Shown here in pieces: positions 46,301-56,585 of a stretch of 64,000 nucleotides of DNA. Location: positions 74,259 through 138,258 of the forward strand of contig CP129477.1 in NCBI GenBank assembly GCA_030583825.1, given 5' to 3'. A program made the position numbers and the translations under genes. The DNA is from Candidatus Dojkabacteria bacterium (lineage in GTDB: Bacteria; Patescibacteriota; Dojkabacteria; GCA-002793355). Within the stretch, counting starts at the first letter, position 1, and each line of letters opens with the position of its first letter. The notes beneath the pieces are model-generated. The model ran no database searches and had not been told where the DNA came from. It saw nothing but the letters and a program-made list of their open reading frames with translations.

Positions 46301-46858
46301 TTATACAACCATGCGCAAAATTCTGCGCATCCAGATTCTTCCTATGAAATTGGCGCCTTCTGCAGTAGCTTCGCCAGTTTCATCATCTTCAAAAAGTATC
46401 ATACCCCATGAACCCGGATTTTGCGTCGCATTTATACCTGGCGATTCATAAATAAAGCTATTTCGATACTTTTCCAGGTTTTCCGCACCAAGCTCTCTTG
46501 CTTTAAATGAAATAATCTCAATCATTCTTCGAAGGGGAAGTGTGCTCGTATAATGGCCAGCGTCATCTTTATCATACTGAGGAATATAGTACTGTGATTG
46601 TAATCTTGCCTCCTCTTTTACTTCTACAGGATCCTCAATACCCAATAAGTACGTTACTATTTCAGATTGTGTCTCATTCATTGAGCCATCGGGATTAATA
46701 AATTTGGTAATTTGCCATGCATGCTCAGCTGATGGAAATTCCCATATCTGTTCACCTATGGCTATATCAACCTGCCCCAAAGCGACATTTGCTAGCTCTG
46801 GAGCATCCGCGTCAGCATCCCAAATTCGTACAGGATGAGAAGTATCTTGTAGTTTCAT
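46301..46858 (-). CDS. Hypothetical protein (185 aa).
   Basis: ORF only. Confidence 0.4.
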   Translation of the reverse strand: MKLQDTSHPVRIWDADADAPELANVALGQVDIAIGEQIWEFPSAEHAWQITKFINPDGSMNETQSEIVTYLLGIEDPVEVKEEARLQSQYYIPQYDKDDAGHYTSTLPLRRMIEIISFKARELGAENLEKYRNSFIYESPGINATQNPGSWGMILFEDDETGEATAEGANFIGRIWMRRILRMVV

Positions 46859-46929
46859 GATTATAAAAGCCCGTTTATATTATGGGCAGATGAAGGGAAA
46901 TTTAAGGTATACGAATGATATTTTCTTAA

Positions 46930-47001
46930 TGCCGCTACGGGGAATCGAACCCCGCCTAGCGGATTGAGAATCCGCTGTCCTAACCGATAGACGATAGCGG
47001 C
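46930..47001 (-). tRNA. tRNA-Glu (anticodon CTC).
   Basis: The minus strand reads GCCGCTATCGTCTATCGGTTAGGACAGCGGATTCTCAATCCGCTAGGCGGGGTTCGATTCCCCGTAGCGGCA. Anticodon loop is TTCTCAA, acceptor GCCGCTA/TAGCGGC. No CCA is encoded. Confidence 0.65.
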
Positions 47002-47196
47002 AGCACAATGAATTATAACAAACTAGTACCGCAGGTTCAATCATAATACGCGAAAACGTAAAGCCGTACGGTCTCCTCCCTAATTTGCAATTTCATATTT
47101 TCCATGTTAGCATAATAGTTCAGTCTCTGCTCCCTATCGTTATGTATTGCTTAATATATTCGGTATGGAGATACATATAAGTTAAGTTTCAGGTTC

Positions 47197-47655
47197 ATGA
47201 GTGGACTTTTACTCACAAAAGGGGGATTCAAAAAGCTCGAAGACGAATTGAAAACAATTGAAAAGGAGGTACTACCTGACATTAAGAAGCGTATGGTTGC
47301 CGCTCGCGGAGATGGAGATTTAAGCGAAAATAACGCATGGATCACATCAAAAGAAGAGATGGATGCCGCAACGTTTCGTGTTGCAGAATTGAAGAAAATG
47401 CTTAAAGAAGCAAAAATTGTTGAAAAAACAAAAACGAATAAAACTATTCAGATTGGTGACACAGTCGAAATAAAATTGGGATCACAGAAAATGACGCTGA
47501 CCTTAGTCTCGACATTGGAAGCAGACCCAATTAAAAAGTTGATTTCAGAAGAGTCTCCACTAGGAAAAGTTCTTGTCGGCAAGAAACCGGGAGATACTGC
47601 GACATTGAGCTTACCAACTGGTGAGCAACAAATCACAATTGTTTCTAAGCAATAA
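47197..47655 (+). CDS. greA: Transcription elongation factor GreA.
   Basis: ARGDGDLSENNAWITSKEE (coiled-coil finger) and a C-terminal FKBP-like domain. Confidence 0.8.
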   Translation: MSGLLLTKGGFKKLEDELKTIEKEVLPDIKKRMVAARGDGDLSENNAWITSKEEMDAATFRVAELKKMLKEAKIVEKTKTNKTIQIGDTVEIKLGSQKMTLTLVSTLEADPIKKLISEESPLGKVLVGKKPGDTATLSLPTGEQQITIVSKQ

Positions 47656-48397
47656 GTAGCAGAATTATTCCCGCAATGACGGTAATAACCCAGACCGTTG
47701 TTGCGGAGATATTTTGCGATAACTTTCTTTCTGCTACCGTTGTTGTCATTATCCAATCTACAATAAATCCCACATAATAAGCAAAAAGCCCAATGTAGAA
47801 AAAGAATTCAGGGCCAATTGTCGGCTGAGTAAGGATTTTAAATATTCCCATTACCAACACTATAAACACCGAAATATACGACGCAATTCTTTTTACTACC
47901 GAGCTAGTAATTAACACAATTATTGAAACAGTTCCAAGAGTCAAAAACTTTAATAATAACAACGGCACCTGTTGGTCTTGTCCCCACATCCAATATTCTG
48001 TGACTACAAGTCCCATTGCGATAACTGACTGCAACAAGAACATTTCACTCAAGACGCGTGGTTCTAACGCAAGGTATTTACGAATGATGAGCATTTGTAT
48101 TCCATAAAGGCTCAACAACAATACCATGGGGATAACTATAGCAAAGCTGATATTTCCATCACTAATAAAAATTGACAAGAGCCCTAATAAGACAAGTGCA
48201 AGAGATAAATGAAGTATTGTTCTTTTTTCTCTATGAACCGGAACTCCCTGTAAAAAGTAATGATGCACTCCAATAAGCATTGCAATCGAAGTAATGCTTA
48301 CAAAAAATAATGTTTGTGGATACAAATTTACAAGACCGAAAAGACACCCAACCACACATGCGCAAAGCACACATATAAGAATAAGCTGCCTAAACAT
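47645..48397 (-). CDS. Polytopic membrane protein, hypothetical.
   Basis: About 7 predicted TM helices. Confidence 0.45.
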   Translation of the reverse strand: MFRQLILICVLCACVVGCLFGLVNLYPQTLFFVSITSIAMLIGVHHYFLQGVPVHREKRTILHLSLALVLLGLLSIFISDGNISFAIVIPMVLLLSLYGIQMLIIRKYLALEPRVLSEMFLLQSVIAMGLVVTEYWMWGQDQQVPLLLLKFLTLGTVSIIVLITSSVVKRIASYISVFIVLVMGIFKILTQPTIGPEFFFYIGLFAYYVGFIVDWIMTTTVAERKLSQNISATTVWVITVIAGIILLLIA

Positions 48398-49667
48398 TGA
48401 CTACTCCGATTAAGCTTATACCGACAAGGAACACGATACCAATTAATACAAGAGCAACTTGGCGCTTGTGTGTCATAAAGATGCCTTTCTTCACCATCAT
48501 AAAGATACTAACAGCTAATGCGAGAATTGTTAGCGCAACTGAACTCCAAATAATAATTTGACCGGTTGAAATTCCCTGAATTTGTGCAGGCATAGACTGA
48601 ATTGTATCCGGCTTCTGAACTTTAAAGTAGTTGCTTTCTCCATCTCTATAAGACAAGGTAATATCAAATGTTGAAAATGTTTCCGGAAGCGAAGAAAGCG
48701 GTATTGATATTTTTGGTTCTCCAGATTGCGGCACAAAACTCATTGATGCCACTTGTACCTTCATATCTGCAAGTGTATCTTTGTCACTACACGCATATTC
48801 AACCGTGACAGAAAATACTTCTTTATTAATAACAATACATCCAGCGAGGTCTTTTCCATTATGGCGCTTACTATTTTCAATTGTGAATGTGACTTTATCT
48901 GCAAGATACTCCTGGTGGATGCCTACCGCTCGGGCCGTGAGGGAAATTGTGCCATTTGAAAATGGCGCGTTTGAATTATATTCAAACGTGTCATCATTAA
49001 CATTGACTGAGGCAAGATATTCGTCATTGACAAGCAATTCAAGCTGATTATTTTCAAGCAAAGATCCATTTCCACGTACAGTAAATACACCGCTTGCAAG
49101 AGTATCTCCTGCTTCGGGGTAAGTAATTTGCACTCTCGGGAAGTTACCTGCCTCAGGCGCACGAAACGCGGTATTTCCAAACATTTGCACAACCAAAAAT
49201 ACATCGCTTCCCAGTAAACGACCTTTTACAATAGCGATGCCGACTTCATCAAATGATGGATCCATAATATTGTCCTTATGCGCCTGGCTATTCATCCATG
49301 CCTGGTGCACAGCATCGGACTCAAAAAATCCTTTTGCAAGATTTTCACCGGCATATGCATAGCTATACCCTTCTGCAGTAATAAACTGCCACGGGCTTTC
49401 CTGATTTGGGCCAAAATGTGACCAATACTGCTTCTTAAGCATGTCTTCTGCCTTTTTATATGCCGCCTGCTCCAGTTTCTTATTGTATTTTAAAGGTGGC
49501 GCATTTTGGGAAACTCGCGACTGATTAGCAAGTTCAACAAGCACACGCGATGAAATATCCGATGCTAACAGGAAGGGAAAGCCAATACGAACAATAATAG
49601 TCACAACATAGGACAAGACTAATAATGCATATGTGGCACGCTGTAATGGCATAGATCCATTATACAC
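48390..49667 (-). CDS. Membrane-anchored CAP/SCP/PR1-domain protein.
   Basis: N-terminal TM. The CAP-like segment is YWSHFGPN...YAYAGENLAKGF...QAWMNSQAHKDNI. A beta-rich region and a C-terminal TM anchor follow. Confidence 0.55.
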   Translation of the reverse strand: MYNGSMPLQRATYALLVLSYVVTIIVRIGFPFLLASDISSRVLVELANQSRVSQNAPPLKYNKKLEQAAYKKAEDMLKKQYWSHFGPNQESPWQFITAEGYSYAYAGENLAKGFFESDAVHQAWMNSQAHKDNIMDPSFDEVGIAIVKGRLLGSDVFLVVQMFGNTAFRAPEAGNFPRVQITYPEAGDTLASGVFTVRGNGSLLENNQLELLVNDEYLASVNVNDDTFEYNSNAPFSNGTISLTARAVGIHQEYLADKVTFTIENSKRHNGKDLAGCIVINKEVFSVTVEYACSDKDTLADMKVQVASMSFVPQSGEPKISIPLSSLPETFSTFDITLSYRDGESNYFKVQKPDTIQSMPAQIQGISTGQIIIWSSVALTILALAVSIFMMVKKGIFMTHKRQVALVLIGIVFLVGISLIGVVNV

Positions 49668-49811
49668 AATCTAAGGTTCCTCTGCATGCTTTGGAGCATG
49701 TTTATGTCACCCTTTAATTTGTACGATCCGGGTACAAATAATAATAAAAAAGGGCGGGAAAAATCCCGCCCAATTACCTACAAAATGGTACTTATACGAA
49801 GTCAATCAAGA

Positions 49812-50084
49812 TTACTTGACTGCATCGCGAAGCTGTTTTCCTGCGCGGAAACGTGGAACGTTTCGTGCTGGAACATTTACTACTTTGTTGGTTCGTGGCA
49901 CTACTTGCTTTCGTGCTTTGAGTTCTCCAACAAAGAATTTTCCGAAGCCTGTCAATGTAACGGTGTCACCCTTTTTAAGAGTTGATGTTACAACGCTGAC
50001 GAGAGCCTCTACTGCAGCTTTTGCCTGCTTCTTTGACATACCAGTCTTTTCTGCTAAGACTGAAAAGAGTTCGAGCTTTGTCAT
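49812..50084 (-). CDS. hup: DNA-binding protein HU.
   Basis: MTKLELFSVLAEKTGMSKKQAKAAVEAL...GFGKF...RNVPRFRAGKQL is the HU/IHF fold signature. Confidence 0.85.
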   Translation of the reverse strand: MTKLELFSVLAEKTGMSKKQAKAAVEALVSVVTSTLKKGDTVTLTGFGKFFVGELKARKQVVPRTNKVVNVPARNVPRFRAGKQLRDAVK

Positions 50085-50141
50085 GATTTAAGCCCTCCTT
50101 TGGTTAGTTTTGATAATTTATACGCCAATTAGGGCATTCTG

Positions 50142-51659
50142 TCAAGAATTCCCCGTATTTGCGTGTGCTCTAATCTCTCGCACAACAACAATATTAACAT
50201 TACCCGGAAAGACGCCACTTTCTTTAATCTTTGTGGCAACATCCTGTGCTAATACCATTGCTTCATCGTCAGAAACCTGGCTTGGCTTGACGACAATTCG
50301 CATTTCTCGACCTGCCCGGACGGCAAAAATATCTTCAGCTTTGTCACCAATTGTCTCGTAAACGAGTTTTTCAAGAGACTCTAATCGCTCTACATAGTCT
50401 TCAACATTCTCTTTTCGAGCTCCTGGACGTGCACCTGAAACTTTGTCAGCAATTTTGACAATCTCTGCTTCTAAGCTCTGAGATTCAATGTCCTCGTGAT
50501 GTGCTTCGATTGCATTAACGATCACCGGATCAAGTCCGTACTTTCGTGCAATATCACCACTGATATGGTGGTGAGGCTTTTTAATCTTGTTTGTAAGAAC
50601 TTTTCCAATATCATGGAGAAGACATGCTTTCTGTACAACTGCAACGTTCGCCTTTAATTCTCGGGCAATATACTCACCAATAGCGATAACTTCAAGAGTA
50701 TGCTCATATAAGCTTTGTCCTTTGCTACGACGATACTTCATGCGCCCCATAATTGAAAGAAGCTCATGTGGAGCATCAAACCATGAGGCTTTTTCAGCAA
50801 TAAACTTGCCTGCCTTCTCAAGTTCGTGAAGCATTTCTTTCTTTGCCTTGTTAACCTGCTCTTCAATAGTTGCCGGATGAATTCTTTTATCTTTAATAAG
50901 CTTTTCAAGCGCAATACGAGCAATCTCACGGCGAACGGCATCAAATGAAGAAAGTCCTATTGCCGTTGGAGATTCATCAATAATAACGTCAACACCTGTA
51001 AGCTTTTCGAAGGCACGAATATTTCGACCTTCTTTACCGATAATCTTACCTTTCATTTCTTCACTGCCGATTTCTACCGTGCTGACAGTAATTTCGTCAA
51101 CATATTCCATAGAAATGCTCTGCATTGCCTCAACAATAAGCTGCTGCGCAACCTGCTGTGAACTTACTTTAATTTCTTTTTCAATTTCATTGATTTTGCT
51201 GGCTTTATACGACACCATGCTCTTTTCGAATTCGCTCATCATTTTCTTTTGAGCTTCATCTTTATTTAGTCCTGCTACTTTTTCAAGGTTGACGAGTAAC
51301 TGCTTTTGATTTTCAGCAACTTCATTCTGCTTACGAACTAACTCGACTTCACGTCGTTCCAAGCTTTTACGCTGATTCTCAATTAATCCCTGACGATTTT
51401 CAATATCTTTTAACTGAGAGCGATATTGGTTCTTTACTTTCTCGTAAAACTGACGTGCCTGATCTTTCAATTGGCGTGCTTCTTCATCAGCATCGTTGAA
51501 CTTTTCTTTCATGTATTTACGCGCAAGTTCCTGCACTTCAGTTTTCTTAAAGTTTTCTGTATCTGCAAGAATCTTTTTATTCTTTTGCTGAAGTGTATAT
51601 GCATATCCACCTGCACCGGCTGTCGTAAGCACTAATACAGCAACAATTATCCATTCCAT
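50142..51659 (-). CDS. rny: Ribonuclease Y.
   Basis: N-terminal TM, a long coiled coil, a KH domain and an HD domain (LLHDIGK). Length is 505 aa. Confidence 0.85.
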   Translation of the reverse strand: MEWIIVAVLVLTTAGAGGYAYTLQQKNKKILADTENFKKTEVQELARKYMKEKFNDADEEARQLKDQARQFYEKVKNQYRSQLKDIENRQGLIENQRKSLERREVELVRKQNEVAENQKQLLVNLEKVAGLNKDEAQKKMMSEFEKSMVSYKASKINEIEKEIKVSSQQVAQQLIVEAMQSISMEYVDEITVSTVEIGSEEMKGKIIGKEGRNIRAFEKLTGVDVIIDESPTAIGLSSFDAVRREIARIALEKLIKDKRIHPATIEEQVNKAKKEMLHELEKAGKFIAEKASWFDAPHELLSIMGRMKYRRSKGQSLYEHTLEVIAIGEYIARELKANVAVVQKACLLHDIGKVLTNKIKKPHHHISGDIARKYGLDPVIVNAIEAHHEDIESQSLEAEIVKIADKVSGARPGARKENVEDYVERLESLEKLVYETIGDKAEDIFAVRAGREMRIVVKPSQVSDDEAMVLAQDVATKIKESGVFPGNVNIVVVREIRAHANTGNS

Positions 51660-51920
51660 ACTAGCTTAAATAAAATTATTGATAATTACCGAAAAGAGAA
51701 AGAACCATACCTTCTCTACCCGATAATAGGTAAGAAAGATGAGTTACTCGCTCGAATGAGTAAGAAATTTCTTAATAAATGTCATAAATTTTTGTTTAAT
51801 CACTTTACGTTACCTGCCTTTATTGTATGAAGAATAGAGACCAAAGTCAAGAAAATATACGGAATATCGGGATATTACCGAAATAAACGTCACACTGAGA
51901 TAGCATAAAAAGGGGAAAGA

Positions 51921-53186
51921 TTAATAGTAGTCCACGTGATCCTGTTTTGCAGCGTACAATGCCTGCACTTGACGAATAACATCAAGAATAACAGAAGCCA
52001 CAATAAGCGCTCCAGTTCCTGTTACTACAAGGCGAGGAAGCTCAAGACCCAACACGATCAAGCTAGGTGCAAGAGTAATAACACCAAGTAGTATTGCACC
52101 AAAGATTGTTGTATAAACAAGAACCTTTCGTAAGTACTTTTCAGTTTCTTTACCTGGGCGAACACCTTCGATATATGCGCCTTGTTTATTTACGTTTTCT
52201 GCGACTTCGTTTGGTCTAAAGATAATAAATGCAGAAATAAACGTAAATATGACAGTTACTAGCATTAATATCATGTCATAACCAAATTGGTAATTATAGA
52301 GATTAACGACTTGTGCGGCAAAAAGCTGCAGACTTTCGTTTTGAACATTTTGCGTAACATAAGAAAATGCAATTCGAGGGACATCGAGCAATGAAATAGC
52401 AAAGATTACCGGCATAACACCTGCAGGGTTAATGTTCAATGGCAAGAAGTTTGCATATCCCTGGTTTCCGCTTGGACGAACGCGTCGAGCGTAAATAAGC
52501 TTGATTTTGTTAAATGAGGAAGAAATCACAACAGCAAGTAATACCAATCCGATAATCACCATAACCAATACTACTTTTTTCCAATCATCTGTGAGTGACA
52601 AGAAGTTTGACTCGAGATTTCGAGGAATTGAAACAAGAATACCAGCCAAAATAATCACTGAAGATCCACCGCCAAGTCCAAACTCTGTGACAAGTTCACC
52701 TAACCACATCGAAAATACTGCACCAAATGTCAAGAGCATTACTGTTGAAACAATTTGTAGAGTGTCTTGAGTTTCACCAAGTAACCCAAATTGCTTTAGT
52801 AATGTGTATATGACAATTGATTGCACAACAGCCAAAGGAACCGATAGCAAGCGTGTGTACATTGTTAATGTTTTTCGCTCAACAGGCCCACCTTGATACA
52901 TTTCTCGAATTTGAGGAATTGCAACGCTCAATAACTGAAAAATATAGGAAGCATTAATGTATGGCCCAAGACCGATAGTCAAAATTCCTACACTTTCTAA
53001 TAATCCACCTGAAAGCAGTCCTAGTACCTGAAAAAATGAACTACCAGCAAGGATATCTTTTAATGCTTCACTTGGAATACCTGGAATAGGAACAACTGCA
53101 ACAGCACGAAAAATTGTTAATGTTGCAACAGTAAAGAATAACTTACTGAGGATATCTTTTTTAGTTAGTATTTTGAGCAGATTCAT
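51921..53186 (-). CDS. secY: Preprotein translocase SecY.
   Basis: 10-TM SecY signature. It sits at the end of the spc operon. Confidence 0.9.
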   Translation of the reverse strand: MNLLKILTKKDILSKLFFTVATLTIFRAVAVVPIPGIPSEALKDILAGSSFFQVLGLLSGGLLESVGILTIGLGPYINASYIFQLLSVAIPQIREMYQGGPVERKTLTMYTRLLSVPLAVVQSIVIYTLLKQFGLLGETQDTLQIVSTVMLLTFGAVFSMWLGELVTEFGLGGGSSVIILAGILVSIPRNLESNFLSLTDDWKKVVLVMVIIGLVLLAVVISSSFNKIKLIYARRVRPSGNQGYANFLPLNINPAGVMPVIFAISLLDVPRIAFSYVTQNVQNESLQLFAAQVVNLYNYQFGYDMILMLVTVIFTFISAFIIFRPNEVAENVNKQGAYIEGVRPGKETEKYLRKVLVYTTIFGAILLGVITLAPSLIVLGLELPRLVVTGTGALIVASVILDVIRQVQALYAAKQDHVDYY

Positions 53187-53197
53187 AATCCTAGCGA

Positions 53198-53620
53198 TTA
53201 TTTCTCTTCAACTTTACCGCCTGCCTTTTCAATCACTGCCTGAGCTCCCTTTGAAACAGGAATTCCTTTTACAGTAATTGCATGTGGCATTTCGGCATTG
53301 CCAATAATCTTCATTTTCTTTGACTTCACAACTTTTGAAAGTGATTCTACAGTAACAACTTCATCTGCTTTTGTGTGAGTTGCAAGCCATTTAAGATTCA
53401 CTGCAACTGCAGGTTCATGAATTGAACGAAAACCTTTCAATGAAGGAATCTTTCGGTACAAAGGAATATTTCCACCTTCGAATCCCGGAGGTGTTTTTCC
53501 ACGTCCTCGTGATCCTTGACCTTTCTGTCCAAATCCGACTGTATGGCCACCTTTACCTGAACCAATACCGCGTCCCTTTCTTTTAGCTTTCTTTTGTAGT
53601 TTTTGCAGTTCGAACAACAT
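53198..53620 (-). CDS. rplO: 50S ribosomal protein L15.
   Basis: Gly/Arg-rich N-terminus (GRGIGSGKGGHTVGFGQKGQ). Confidence 0.9.
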   Translation of the reverse strand: MLFELQKLQKKAKRKGRGIGSGKGGHTVGFGQKGQGSRGRGKTPPGFEGGNIPLYRKIPSLKGFRSIHEPAVAVNLKWLATHTKADEVVTVESLSKVVKSKKMKIIGNAEMPHAITVKGIPVSKGAQAVIEKAGGKVEEK

Positions 53621-54140
53621 TGTTCATCTTCTTTAACTTAGACAATGCGATAAGAGCACAGTATGCATTTGTAATTGCATTGTTGGTGCCCAAGCTCTTT
53701 GAAACGACGTTTTCAACACCACTGAGTTCTAAAATCTTTCGTACACTTCCACCTGCTACAACACCAGTTCCAACAGGTGCCGGTTTAATGATAACTTCTG
53801 ATGCTTTGTATGCTGCTTCTACTCGATGAGGAATAGTTTTCTTTTTATTTTCAATATTGATTGTAAATGCTGAATCGGTTGCTTTCTTAATTGCTTTTTG
53901 TAATGCTTCCTGAGGATCCATTCCGCGTCCCATTGCAATACCAATTCTTCCGTTTTTATTACCAACAGCAACAACAGCACTGAAGCGCAATCGTTTTGCA
54001 CCTGCAGTTACTTTTGCAACTCTCTTAAGTTCGATAACTTCAGAAAACAACTTTGGCTCATCGTTATTTCTTTCGTAACGACGATTATTATTGTGTCCTC
54101 TTCTGTTTCCAGACGCTGTATTTGATCCTGTTTTCACCAT
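53583..54140 (-). CDS. rpsE: 30S ribosomal protein S5.
   Basis: S5 dsRBD and C-terminal domain. The next gene is directly rplO, with no L30 between them. Confidence 0.9.
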   Translation of the reverse strand: MVKTGSNTASGNRRGHNNNRRYERNNDEPKLFSEVIELKRVAKVTAGAKRLRFSAVVAVGNKNGRIGIAMGRGMDPQEALQKAIKKATDSAFTINIENKKKTIPHRVEAAYKASEVIIKPAPVGTGVVAGGSVRKILELSGVENVVSKSLGTNNAITNAYCALIALSKLKKMNNVVRTAKTTKES

Positions 54141-54149
54141 TGTTGGTAC

Positions 54150-54485
54150 TTAAAATTTTAATCCTGCTTTTCTTAAACCTTCTGCAAATGCTTTAACTTT
54201 GCCGTGGTAAATATACCCTGATCGGTCAAAGGCAATATCTTCAAGCTTTTTATCAGCGAGTGCTTTTCCGAATGATTCTCCCATTGCTTCAATAGTTTCT
54301 ACTGGCTTTTTGCCTTTACCTGAAGTAAATGTTTTCTGATGAATAGAAGCAATGACATTTCCGGTAGCAATCTCAATTGCCTGAGCAGAGAAATACTGGT
54401 TTGTTTTGTGAATAGAAATTCTATACAAAACAGATGTTCTCTTTAACTTGTATCTTATTCTGTCTCTTTTATTAGCAATTTTCAT
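54150..54485 (-). CDS. rplR: 50S ribosomal protein L18.
   Basis: Sequence and position. Confidence 0.9.
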   Translation of the reverse strand: MKIANKRDRIRYKLKRTSVLYRISIHKTNQYFSAQAIEIATGNVIASIHQKTFTSGKGKKPVETIEAMGESFGKALADKKLEDIAFDRSGYIYHGKVKAFAEGLRKAGLKF

Positions 54486-54501
54486 CTCTTTACTTTCTAT
54501 T

Positions 54502-55041
54502 TTATGATACTGATGTCTTTACTTCCTTCTTCTTAACATATTCTCCCAAGTAACGGATTCCTTTTCCTTTATATGGTTCCGGTGGTCGTAATGCTCTTAC
54601 TGAAGCTGCAAACTGTCCAACTTTCTGTTTGTCAATTCCAAAAATCTTGATTGCTGTCTGTGAAGGGACTTCTACTTTCAAGTCATTAGGAATATCAACG
54701 GTAACTTGATGTTTAAAACCAATGCTCAAAGAAATAGTATTTCCTTGAAGTGCTGCGCGGTAACCGACTCCGACTAATTCTAACTCTTTTGTAAATCCTT
54801 CTGATACTCCCAAAACAAGATTCTCAATAATTGAGCGAGTCGTACCATGTAACATTTTTGTCTGGCGCTTGTCAGAGTTTCGTGCAAAATAGATTTCTGA
54901 TCCATCTACTGTTGCTGTAATACCTTCTGGAATTTCAAAAGTCAATGTTCCAAGTTTCCCTGTTACTTCTGCAACAGTTCCATTCATTTTAAAGGTCACG
55001 CCCTGCGGCAATGTTATTGGTTGTAATCCTATTCTCGACAT
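54502..55041 (-). CDS. rplF: 50S ribosomal protein L6.
   Basis: Two-domain L6. The start is probably the internal Met (MSRIGLQPITLPQGV) at 55041, not the track start at 55095, which would overlap rpsH. Confidence 0.85.
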   Translation of the reverse strand: MSRIGLQPITLPQGVTFKMNGTVAEVTGKLGTLTFEIPEGITATVDGSEIYFARNSDKRQTKMLHGTTRSIIENLVLGVSEGFTKELELVGVGYRAALQGNTISLSIGFKHQVTVDIPNDLKVEVPSQTAIKIFGIDKQKVGQFAASVRALRPPEPYKGKGIRYLGEYVKKKEVKTSVS

Positions 55042-55042
55042 A

Positions 55043-55426
55043 TTACCAAACTTCACATATAAGCTCACCACCAACATTCGCCTTCTTGGCATCAACGGTT
55101 GTCATAACACCCTTTGGTGTTGAAACAATCTGAATACCAGTTCCGGAACGGACAGGTGTCATTTCTAAACTTTTAATATACCAACGTCGGCCAGGGCGAG
55201 AAAACAATTTCACATCCTGAAATGATGGCATACCGTTATCTTCGTATTTCAGTGTGACTAAAACAGTGTTACCTGTAATTTCATAGTCACCAATAAATCC
55301 TTTATCTTTGAGAATTTCGAGAACTCCAAGTCCAAATTTGAATTTTGGAACTTCAATAGTTTCTCTTGCAACTAATGATGCGTTTTTAATTCTTATGAGT
55401 AGGTCTCCAATTGAGAAGTTAGTCAT
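55043..55426 (-). CDS. rpsH: 30S ribosomal protein S8.
   Basis: Sequence and position. Confidence 0.9.
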   Translation of the reverse strand: MTNFSIGDLLIRIKNASLVARETIEVPKFKFGLGVLEILKDKGFIGDYEITGNTVLVTLKYEDNGMPSFQDVKLFSRPGRRWYIKSLEMTPVRSGTGIQIVSTPKGVMTTVDAKKANVGGELICEVW

Positions 55427-55429
55427 CTT

Positions 55430-55624
55430 TTACCAGCTAGATTTAGTTACTCCAGGAAGCATTCCCTGATGAGCAAGCTCTCGCAGACAGATTCTGCAAA
55501 GGCTAAAATAACGAATATATGCTCTTCGGCGGCCACATCGTGAGCACTGATTAAAAATGCGTGACTGAAACTTTGCCTTTTTAACGAGTGCGGTGTGTTT
55601 TGCCTCTTTAATCTTTTTCGACAT
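55430..55624 (-). CDS. rpsN: 30S ribosomal protein S14, zinc-binding type Z.
   Basis: 64 aa with CSRCGRR...CRIC. Confidence 0.85.
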   Translation of the reverse strand: MSKKIKEAKHTALVKKAKFQSRIFNQCSRCGRRRAYIRYFSLCRICLRELAHQGMLPGVTKSSW

Positions 55625-55627
55625 AAC

Positions 55628-56170
55628 TTACTCTTCTTTAAAAATAAAACCTAATTCTCTCATCATAGTTTTGTTAAGGTTCGCATCTTCTGTGTTGAAT
55701 GCGATTCCAATTGAGAGCCCCTTTGTCTTTGTGACTTTCGCAGGGTCAATTTCTGCAAATACTGTATGTTCTGGCATTCCGAGCGTATAATTCCCACGAT
55801 TATCAAAGGCTGTACCAGAAATACCTCGGAAGTCTTTTACTCTTGGGAGCACAATATTTATGAGCTTGTCCAAGAAATGCCACATTTTATCACGTCGCAA
55901 TGTAACTTTCAAGCCGATGACTGCGCCTTTTTGTAAACTAAAGTCTGCAATTGATTTACGTGCACGTGTTCGAACCGGCTTCTGTCCTGCAATAAGAGTC
56001 AAATCTTTTTCGAGTGCATCAATAATTCCGGCATCTTTCAATGCTTCACCCAATCCAATATTCAATGTTATTTTCTGTGGTGTTGGAATAGAAGAAACAT
56101 TTGCGATTGAATGAGCTTTATGAAACTTTGGCGCAATATCTTTTGTAAATCTTTCCTTAAGAGTCTGCAT
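55628..56170 (-). CDS. rplE: 50S ribosomal protein L5.
   Basis: Sequence and position. Confidence 0.9.
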   Translation of the reverse strand: MQTLKERFTKDIAPKFHKAHSIANVSSIPTPQKITLNIGLGEALKDAGIIDALEKDLTLIAGQKPVRTRARKSIADFSLQKGAVIGLKVTLRRDKMWHFLDKLINIVLPRVKDFRGISGTAFDNRGNYTLGMPEHTVFAEIDPAKVTKTKGLSIGIAFNTEDANLNKTMMRELGFIFKEE

Positions 56171-56585
56171 TTTCCTTCTTGTCTAACTTAGCCTTTTTAG
56201 TTGTTTTCTTTTTTACTGCTTTTTTTGGCTCAACTACTTCTTCTGACTTCTCTTTTTTTGCTGGCTCCGCGTCTGCAATAGCTTTCATTTTTGTTGGCTT
56301 TGCAAATCGAATCTTTTTACCATTTTCAATTTTGAACCCAATACGTGTTGGAGCTTCTTCTCCTTCAAGAATAACTCGTACATTAGAAATATGGATTGGC
56401 TTTTCAAAGTCAACGATACTTCCTTCTGTATTTTTGCCTAAGACATTCTTTTTAACGAACTTTTTTACCATATTGATACCTTCAATCGTTACACGATCTT
56501 CTTTTACAAAAAGGACTTTACCCTTTTTGCCCTTGTCTTTTCCTGTTGTGACAAGTACGGTATCACCTTTCTTCACTTTTCTCAT
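56157..56585 (-). CDS. rplX: 50S ribosomal protein L24 with a Lys-rich C-terminal extension.
   Basis: KOW motif (KGDTVLVTTGKDKGKKGKV) plus a ~40-aa basic tail. Confidence 0.85.
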   Translation of the reverse strand: MRKVKKGDTVLVTTGKDKGKKGKVLFVKEDRVTIEGINMVKKFVKKNVLGKNTEGSIVDFEKPIHISNVRVILEGEEAPTRIGFKIENGKKIRFAKPTKMKAIADAEPAKKEKSEEVVEPKKAVKKKTTKKAKLDKKENADS

